A stretch of DNA of 64,000 bases from an uncultured bacterium. GTDB taxonomy: Bacteria > Acidobacteriota > Aminicenantia > Aminicenantales > Aminicenantaceae. The stretch spans positions 6,300-70,299 of the forward strand of contig CBESWG010000009.1 of the NCBI GenBank assembly GCA_965533275.1, in the 5' to 3' direction. Position 1 is the first letter of the stretch. The number at the start of each line of letters is the position of its first letter. The notes under the pieces are model-generated. The model worked only from the letters and a program-made list of their open reading frames with translations, was not told where the DNA came from and ran no database searches. Of this stretch, positions 58,084-64,000 are shown in pieces. A program made the translations under genes and the position numbers.

Positions 58084-58665
58084 TTCTTGATCGGGGTTGA
58101 GCCATTTCTTCTTGAAAGATTCAAACTCGGCAGGCGAGAGGCTCGAAGAATAGCCCGCCAGCGTACGCTGCCTGAGAGCCTCATATAAAATGATCCCCAC
58201 GGATACGGACAGGTTGAGGCTTTGTGCCATGCCGGACATGGGGATACGGATGACATGGTCGGCCGCAGCGATCGCTTCTTGAGAGATACCATCGGATTCG
58301 TTGCCGAATACGACCGCCACGGGCCGGCTGTAGTCCACCTCGGTGTAGGGGACGGCATCATGTCCTAAGTGGGTGGCTGCGATCGTGAATCCATCCTCTT
58401 TCAACTGTAATAAACACTGTTCGGTCGAGTGGTAGTGTGTAAGGTTTAGCCATTTCTCAGCACGTGTGGAGATGGCCTCGTTTACCGGGAATTGGTCTTC
58501 TGCAGTATAAATGAGATCGACATGAAGCACGCCCGCAGCGTCGCATGTGCGGACGACTGCGCTGGCATTATGGGTGTTGGTCACCTCTTCCAGCACGATG
58601 TGAAGATCGGGCTGCCTGTGGGACAGGACATGTTCGACTTTGGCAATGCGCTGCTCGGTGGGCAT
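58081..58665 (-). CDS. trmH: SpoU/TrmH-family RNA 2'-O-methyltransferase
   Basis: 194 aa SPOUT fold with the motifs VVFGNESDGIS and IPMSGMAQSLNLSVSVGIILYE. Confidence 0.8.
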   Translation of the reverse strand: MPTEQRIAKVEHVLSHRQPDLHIVLEEVTNTHNASAVVRTCDAAGVLHVDLIYTAEDQFPVNEAISTRAEKWLNLTHYHSTEQCLLQLKEDGFTIAATHLGHDAVPYTEVDYSRPVAVVFGNESDGISQEAIAAADHVIRIPMSGMAQSLNLSVSVGIILYEALRQRTLAGYSSSLSPAEFESFKKKWLNPDQE

Positions 58666-58673
58666 GGGTAAGC

Positions 58674-59225
58674 CTATATGAAAAGCCTGAGCCCCATCAG
58701 CAGCAGGAAGATGAACGCTGCGATCAGGGCACGGTACTCCTTGTTGGAGCGATAACGGTCCCAGGAGAACGTCTTTGTCCTGGCATTAGGGTACGGCCGC
58801 CATCCTGGGAAAAACAGCGGGACATGCTGGCTGTAGTCTTCATACGCCTCCGGAAACAATTTCTGCATGACCCGCTTTTCTTTGGAGATGGTCACGGCGT
58901 AGAAGAAGAGAAAGTTCAGAACGAACAATCCTGCGACCCACCAGGATCGGGATGCAGCAGTGATTCCCACCGCGAGCCCTAGGCTGCCCAGATACAGGGG
59001 ATTGCGTGTGTATCTGTAGGGCCCGGATGTGGTGAGCTCGCGGTCCTTTGTCAGGTGGCCGCAGGCCCAGCCCCGAAGGAGCAATCCCAGGATGATAAAT
59101 CCCGCACCGGCCAGGAGCGACGGACGATTGGGCCGGGCCAGGACTAGGGCTGCAATGACACTGATCAGGCTGGCGCGCACCCTCCCGCGGTAGAGTATCT
59201 GTAAGATGTTAGCTTTAGTGGGCAT
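58674..59225 (-). CDS. isoprenylcysteine carboxyl methyltransferase (ICMT)/phospholipid methyltransferase-family membrane protein
   Basis: Start trimmed to MPTKANIL. It has about 4 TM helices and the C-terminal ..GPYRYTRNPLYLG.. SAM-binding motif of the ICMT/PEMT family. Confidence 0.6.
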   Translation of the reverse strand: MPTKANILQILYRGRVRASLISVIAALVLARPNRPSLLAGAGFIILGLLLRGWACGHLTKDRELTTSGPYRYTRNPLYLGSLGLAVGITAASRSWWVAGLFVLNFLFFYAVTISKEKRVMQKLFPEAYEDYSQHVPLFFPGWRPYPNARTKTFSWDRYRSNKEYRALIAAFIFLLLMGLRLFI

Positions 59226-60246
59226 TTTCTTCCAATCGCTCCCGGCAGAGGCGAACCACATCTGAGGGATTGAGGGCATCCATGCATTTGAGATCCGGGC
59301 AGGTCCTCCGATAGCAGTAGCTGCAGTCCAGAGGATGGAAGGCGGTCTTGTCTGTCTCCAAGAAAGGGCCGTTGCGCCTGGGATCGGTTGGGCCGAACAG
59401 CGCCACAACCGGCCTCGAGAGGGCGCAGGCAGCCTGCAGCGCAAATGTGTCGCCACTTACGAGCAGGTCCGCACTCTTCAGAAGGGCCAACACCTCCTTG
59501 ATCGGCAGGAACGGCATCACGGGGACGCCGGTACCTGAGGAGATATCCTCCGCCAGCATTTTTTCGGTCTCGGTGCCCCAGAGAAGGACCGGAAACACGT
59601 CGGGGGATTTCAGTTCCTGGATCATGGCCGTCCATTTCTCACAGGTCCAGCGCTTCGTGTCCCATGCCGCTCCCACGTTCGCGACCACGAGCCGGGCTCG
59701 GCCGTTAAAACCCTGGGACTGCAGCTTCTCCTTAACATAGGCCTGGAGTGCTTCCGGTAGTTCCAGGGGGAAAACGAGCCTCTTGTCCTGAATCCCCAAG
59801 CTCTTGAGGAGATTGAGATTCTTGGAGATCACGTGAGCGTCCTCGGTGAAACGGCTCGCCCGCTGTGTGTAAAAGATCGAGGCCATGGGTTCCCTGAGAT
59901 CGGCCCGATGGAATCCCACTCTCCTTCTGGCCCTGGAGAGCCAGGCGAGCAGGCCGGACTTGATCAGGCCTTGGAAATCCAGGGCCACCTGCTCTCTTTC
60001 CCTGATCTCTCCCACGATGCGTCCCGCTTCTCGACGAAAATCCTGAGTATGCCACTTCCACTGTTTTGCTTGCACGACTACGATGCGGTCCAATCCGGGA
60101 ACCAGATCGAGGATCTCCCTGCCTTCCTCCTCAACCACCCATGTTATGTGGGAATCCAGGTAGGCGGACCGCAAGGCGGCAAATGCGGGCAGTGTGTGGA
60201 TGATGTCTCCGAGCGAGCTGAGCCGGACAATGAGGAACCTATCCAT
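59215..60246 (-). CDS. glycosyltransferase family 9 (LPS heptosyltransferase)
   Basis: Start trimmed to MDRFLIVRLSSLGDIIHTLPA, the canonical GT9 N-terminus. Carries a C-terminal GDT/SG motif region. Confidence 0.8.
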   Translation of the reverse strand: MDRFLIVRLSSLGDIIHTLPAFAALRSAYLDSHITWVVEEEGREILDLVPGLDRIVVVQAKQWKWHTQDFRREAGRIVGEIREREQVALDFQGLIKSGLLAWLSRARRRVGFHRADLREPMASIFYTQRASRFTEDAHVISKNLNLLKSLGIQDKRLVFPLELPEALQAYVKEKLQSQGFNGRARLVVANVGAAWDTKRWTCEKWTAMIQELKSPDVFPVLLWGTETEKMLAEDISSGTGVPVMPFLPIKEVLALLKSADLLVSGDTFALQAACALSRPVVALFGPTDPRRNGPFLETDKTAFHPLDCSYCYRRTCPDLKCMDALNPSDVVRLCRERLEENAH

Positions 60247-60721
60247 GCTTGAGCCTGGCTCCGATCTCTCGGATGAGATCCGAAGTATTCTTGATCTTGG
60301 GGCCGCCGGTGATGGCGATCTTGCCGCCATATCCCCGAACGGTATCCCTTTCAGGCACAGTGTCTGTGGTGTAATCCGAGCCCTTGGCATGGACGTCAGG
60401 AGTCAGGGACAGGAGTACCTGCTCTACGGTGTCTTCAGGAAAAATAGTGACAAAATCCACGCAGGAAAATGCGGCCAGGATCTCGGCCCGCTCCTCTTCC
60501 AGCAGGATGGGGCGGCCTTCGCCTTTGAGGCGCCGGACGGAAGTGTCGCTGTTCAAGGCCACCACCAGGATGTCACCCTGAGATTTGGCTTCTTGGAGAT
60601 AGCGGATGTGTCCCACATGGATCAGGTCGAAGCAGCCGTTGGCAAGGACAATGGACAGGCCGCGGGAACGCTCCCTGCGGACGATGTCCGCCAGCTGATC
60701 GAGGGGATAGTGTTTATCCAA
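60239..60721 (-). CDS. hldE: D-glycero-beta-D-manno-heptose 1-phosphate adenylyltransferase (RfaE domain II)
   Basis: 160 aa cytidylyltransferase-like fold with the motif LANGCFDLIHVGHIRYL. Confidence 0.85.
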   Translation of the reverse strand: MDKHYPLDQLADIVRRERSRGLSIVLANGCFDLIHVGHIRYLQEAKSQGDILVVALNSDTSVRRLKGEGRPILLEEERAEILAAFSCVDFVTIFPEDTVEQVLLSLTPDVHAKGSDYTTDTVPERDTVRGYGGKIAITGGPKIKNTSDLIREIGARLKHG

Positions 60722-60723
60722 TT

Positions 60724-61731
60724 TTATTTTGCTGTAACGGCGTTTCGGAGTTCTTCGGAGGTCAGAGTAGCGGTGCCCTTCTTCATGACCACGATCCCTC
60801 CCGCGGCATTGGCGAGAACGGACGCTTCCTTGAATGTAGCTCCTGAGGCCAGGGCCAGGGTCAGGACGCTGATCACGGTATCTCCCGCACCGGTGACATC
60901 CACGATATCGGACGTTCCGTGAATGGGGATCGAGTGCAGGGGCCGCCCACGTTCGAAGAGGACCATACCTTTGGATCCTCGTGTCAGGACTACGGCCTGT
61001 GCCGCAGTCTTTTTGAGAAGCATACGTCCAGTATCCCTCAGCCAGTCCCTGTCGTCCCGAGATTCCCTCTGCAGGGCGTGTTCCATTTCAGGCTCGTTGG
61101 GAGTAGAAACAGAGGTGCCCGGAAAATCGAGCAAGCGGAAGCGCGAGTCCAAAGTGATGTGGGTTCTGGATTTGCTGAAGAGTGGCTGTATCTTCCGGTA
61201 CAGCTCCTGCTTGACCGTGAAATAATGGTAATCCGAGATCAAGAGGGCGGCGACCTGTTTTCTAACGGCCCGGAGGGCCGAGAGCAAACCGCTCTTGACC
61301 TCAGGGGCGTCGGGGACGTGGCCTTCGCGGTCGATCCTCAGGATCTGCTGCTTTCGGGTATTCTCCTCGCCGGCGAGGACACGTGTCTTCATGGGCGTGG
61401 AATAGTCCGTGGCTGTGATGAGGTGATCAGCACAGATGCCCTGTTTTTTGATGATCGCCCGGATCCTGCGCCCCACCGCATCCGAGCCGACCACGCCAAT
61501 GGGCAGGGGGGACGCGCCCAGGCTTCGCAGGTTGAGCAGGGAGTTGCCGGCTCCGCCCAAGGAATAGGAATTGGCCTGATGGGAAAGGATGAGGACCGGT
61601 GCTTCCCGCGATATCCGCCGCGTGTGCCCATAGAGATATTCGTCCAGGATGAAATCACCCCAGACTGCGATCTTCTGGCCGGTGAAGCGGTCGATCAACT
61701 CGAGATAACGTTCTTGTTTTTTATTTTTCAC
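60724..61731 (-). CDS. hldE: D-glycero-beta-D-manno-heptose-7-phosphate kinase (RfaE domain I, PfkB family)
   Basis: 335 aa ribokinase-like protein with GAGD and DTTGAGD-like motifs (DVTGAGDT). It is adjacent to the domain II gene. Confidence 0.85.
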   Translation of the reverse strand: MKNKKQERYLELIDRFTGQKIAVWGDFILDEYLYGHTRRISREAPVLILSHQANSYSLGGAGNSLLNLRSLGASPLPIGVVGSDAVGRRIRAIIKKQGICADHLITATDYSTPMKTRVLAGEENTRKQQILRIDREGHVPDAPEVKSGLLSALRAVRKQVAALLISDYHYFTVKQELYRKIQPLFSKSRTHITLDSRFRLLDFPGTSVSTPNEPEMEHALQRESRDDRDWLRDTGRMLLKKTAAQAVVLTRGSKGMVLFERGRPLHSIPIHGTSDIVDVTGAGDTVISVLTLALASGATFKEASVLANAAGGIVVMKKGTATLTSEELRNAVTAK

Positions 61732-61858
61732 GGAACTCCAACCCCGTTTTTTTATCAGAAATCAGGGAAAAATGCAATCTTGGGCAGCCTGTTGTGTAGC
61801 CGGATTGATTTTCGGGTCATTATTGATTAGAGTGGATGACCAGGATAGGAGTGGGCAT

Positions 61859-62551
61859 ATGCGCGTGGACGAGATCCAGAAAAGGCTGGCGGCTCTGGGG
61901 GATGCTGAGGCCGTGGCAGGGATGGCCCGGTTCGGAATAACGGGCCAGACCGTCTATGGAGTGAGCATGCCGAAGCTCAGGGGGATGGCCAAGGAGATCA
62001 GGAGGGACCATGAGCGGGCCCTCGAGTTGTGGCGCATTCCCAACCGGGAAACGAGGATCCTCGCCGGACTGACCGCGGTACGTACGCGCGTGGACGAAGC
62101 CCTGATGGAGGACTGGGTCCAAGATTTTGATTCCTGGGAGATCTGTGATCAGACCCTGTTGAACCTGTTCGACCGGACTCCGCTGGCGGCGGAGAAAGCC
62201 GTGGAGTGGTCGCGGCGGGAAGAGGAATTCGTCAAGCGGGCGGGATACGTGCTCATGGCCCGCCTGGCTACGGTCGACAAGAAAGCCGGAGATGATCTCT
62301 TCCAGACTTTTTTTCAGCATATCCGACGGGGAGCAGCGGATGAGCGCAATTTCGTCAAGAAGGCCGTGAACTGGGCCTTGAGGCAGATCGGGAAGCGGAA
62401 CCTGACTTTAAACCGGATGGCCATAGCACTGGCGGAGTCTATCAAGGCGCAGGGCTCACGCAGCGCGCGCTGGGTGGCCAACGATGCCCTCAGGGAACTT
62501 CGCGGCGATGCAGTCCAGGAAAGGCTGATTAGAAAACAAAGCAGGGGATGA
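61859..62551 (+). CDS. DNA alkylation repair protein (AlkD/AlkC-like HEAT-repeat)
   Basis: Start at ATG 61859. A helical-repeat protein with the conserved W..D.W..CD pattern (FDSWEICDQ). Confidence 0.65.
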   Translation: MRVDEIQKRLAALGDAEAVAGMARFGITGQTVYGVSMPKLRGMAKEIRRDHERALELWRIPNRETRILAGLTAVRTRVDEALMEDWVQDFDSWEICDQTLLNLFDRTPLAAEKAVEWSRREEEFVKRAGYVLMARLATVDKKAGDDLFQTFFQHIRRGAADERNFVKKAVNWALRQIGKRNLTLNRMAIALAESIKAQGSRSARWVANDALRELRGDAVQERLIRKQSRG

Positions 62552-62554
62552 AAC

Positions 62555-63724
62555 ATGAGTGAAAAAAACAGAATCCGGCACGTTGGGCTTGGCCTGACCC
62601 TCATGTTGGCATTTCTCGCGGGCACGACCTCGTCCTCCGGTCAGAACATAGACAAGGCCGGGCTGGTCCAGGAGATGGAGAGGGAGATCGCGAAGACCCT
62701 GAAGCGGGGCAAGATCCCCTCGGCCGCTGTGGCCTTGGTGGAGGGATCCGAAGTCGTCTGGACCGGAGCGGCCGGCTATTCCAACATCTGGGCCAGGACC
62801 GAGGCTTCTCCGGAGACTGTCTATCTGATCGGTTCGACTTTCAAGACCATGTCCATGTATGCCCTGATGGGGCTGATGGAACAGGGCCGGTTCGAGCTGG
62901 ATGATCCGGTCAATGACTACCTGGATAACTTCAAGATCCAGGGAGATGATCCCCAGAATCCCGTCACCTTTCGCCACCTCCTCACCCACACATCCGGGCT
63001 GCCGGCCGATTTCGGCCCACACTCCGTCTGGGGGCTTACAGTACCGCCGCCTCTTGAAGAATATTTGAGAAAATCGCTGCGGTTGAAGCAGCCCCCCATG
63101 ACCGCGGCCCTCTACTCCAACACGGCCTACACTCTCGTCGGCTATCTGGTGGGCAAACTTTCCGGTGTGCGCTTCAAGAGCTTCATGCAGAAGAGCATAT
63201 TCGATCCGCTGGGCATGGCGGACACGGCCTTCGAACCCAAGCCGCACATGGAAGAGCGTCTGGCTATTCCCTATGTGTTCGACCCCAAGAGCGGGAAACA
63301 TATTCCAGCGGTGCGTACCAAGGCTAACGTATGGCCAGCAGGGATCGTGTACGGCACGGTGCTTGATCAGGCCAAATGGTTGATCGCCAACCTCAACCAC
63401 GGGGTGTATGAGGGACACCGGTTGATCAGCGAAGAGACCTTCCAAAATGTCATGAGACGCCAGTATGATCGATTCACAGGCCCCCTCAGCGCCGGCTGGT
63501 TGAACGAGACCACGGGTTTCGGTCTCACGTGGTGGATGTCCGAGCGGGAAGGCGATAGCCTGTTTGCCCACAGCGGGAGTGTCAGCGGATACACGGCCTT
63601 CATCGTGGGCAACCTGGACAAGAAGACGGGCTTCGCCATCCTGACCAACGGCAACCGTTCACACAAACATCTTTTTGAGCTGGCGACCAAGGCACTTGAT
63701 CTCTTGGAGGCCCACCTGAATTAG
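62555..63724 (+). CDS. serine hydrolase (beta-lactamase/transpeptidase-like family)
   Basis: Has a signal peptide, the SxxK motif (GSTFKTM), a YSN-like motif (YSNTAY), and a later HSGS motif. Confidence 0.75.
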   Translation: MSEKNRIRHVGLGLTLMLAFLAGTTSSSGQNIDKAGLVQEMEREIAKTLKRGKIPSAAVALVEGSEVVWTGAAGYSNIWARTEASPETVYLIGSTFKTMSMYALMGLMEQGRFELDDPVNDYLDNFKIQGDDPQNPVTFRHLLTHTSGLPADFGPHSVWGLTVPPPLEEYLRKSLRLKQPPMTAALYSNTAYTLVGYLVGKLSGVRFKSFMQKSIFDPLGMADTAFEPKPHMEERLAIPYVFDPKSGKHIPAVRTKANVWPAGIVYGTVLDQAKWLIANLNHGVYEGHRLISEETFQNVMRRQYDRFTGPLSAGWLNETTGFGLTWWMSEREGDSLFAHSGSVSGYTAFIVGNLDKKTGFAILTNGNRSHKHLFELATKALDLLEAHLN

Positions 63725-64000
63725 CGGGGGATGAGTTCTACTACGGCCTCCATGTGAGGCGTTTGGGGGAACATGTCGAAAAGGGCCGCGCTCTTGATCT
63801 GGAATCGACCGAGCTCTGCAAGGTCGTTCGTCAGGTGTTTGGCATTGCAGGACACATAGAAGATGGCCTCGCAGTCCAGCGTACCGAGATGTTTGAGGGT
63901 CTTGGGATTGATACCCGAACGAGGGGGATCGAGCACGATGAAAAGGGGGCTGGGGAACTGCTCCTGGGCCAGGTGCCGTGCATCTCTTGACAGCGTGGTT
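63721..64000 (-). CDS. 23S rRNA (uracil-5)-methyltransferase RlmD/RumA-family, C-terminal fragment (gene continues past the window end)
   Basis: The minus-strand frame stays open to the window edge. It reads ..PLFIVLDPPRSGI..YVSCNAKHLTNDL..ALFDMFPQTPHMEAVVELIP, the class-I SAM methyltransferase motifs of TrmA/RumA. Confidence 0.7.
   Translation of the reverse strand, partial: TTLSRDARHLAQEQFPSPLFIVLDPPRSGINPKTLKHLGTLDCEAIFYVSCNAKHLTNDLAELGRFQIKSAALFDMFPQTPHMEAVVELIPR

Overview
This 64 kb window is a contiguous chromosomal segment of a high-GC (about 60-65%) bacterium with strong GGAGG-type ribosome-binding sites. It is gene-dense: about 68 supportable CDS and two tRNA genes, tRNA-Pro(GGG) and tRNA-Gly(CCC). 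I found no rRNA, CRISPR array or recognisable transposon or integrase. Most of the content is housekeeping: surE, rarA, mobB, panB/panC, guaB, secA, feoA/feoB, uvrC/uvrB, an hldE-like heptose kinase and adenylyltransferase pair with a GT9 heptosyltransferase, trmH, and a partial rlmD at the 3' end. Several accessory-looking blocks stand out and are detailed in the findings: (1) a minus-strand redox operon from a rubredoxin-fused TPP enzyme through an FTR-like/thioredoxin pair to an E3-less 2-oxoacid dehydrogenase E1alpha/E1beta/E2; (2) a tungsten/molybdenum block with aldehyde:ferredoxin oxidoreductase, a MoaD-like GG-tail protein, mobB, and a TonB-dependent receptor plus P-loop NTPase behind a ~220 nt leader; (3) an archaeal-type HMG-CoA synthase / thiolase / DUF35 trio fused with a three-gene methylcrotonyl-CoA carboxylase and methylglutaconyl-CoA hydratase; (4) two ECF sigma/anti-sigma modules, one with TM2/LiaF-like membrane proteins and a DUF4097 (YvlB-like) protein, the other with an HtrA-like PDZ protease whose catalytic His and Asp appear substituted; (5) an outer-membrane protein / TetR / MMPL-RND / LolA-like export operon with paired palindromic operator-like repeats; (6) an AT-rich (~48% GC) orphan gene just downstream of tRNA-Gly, behind a repeat-rich 310 bp non-coding region. 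The many long ORFs antisense to well-supported genes are high-GC shadow artefacts.
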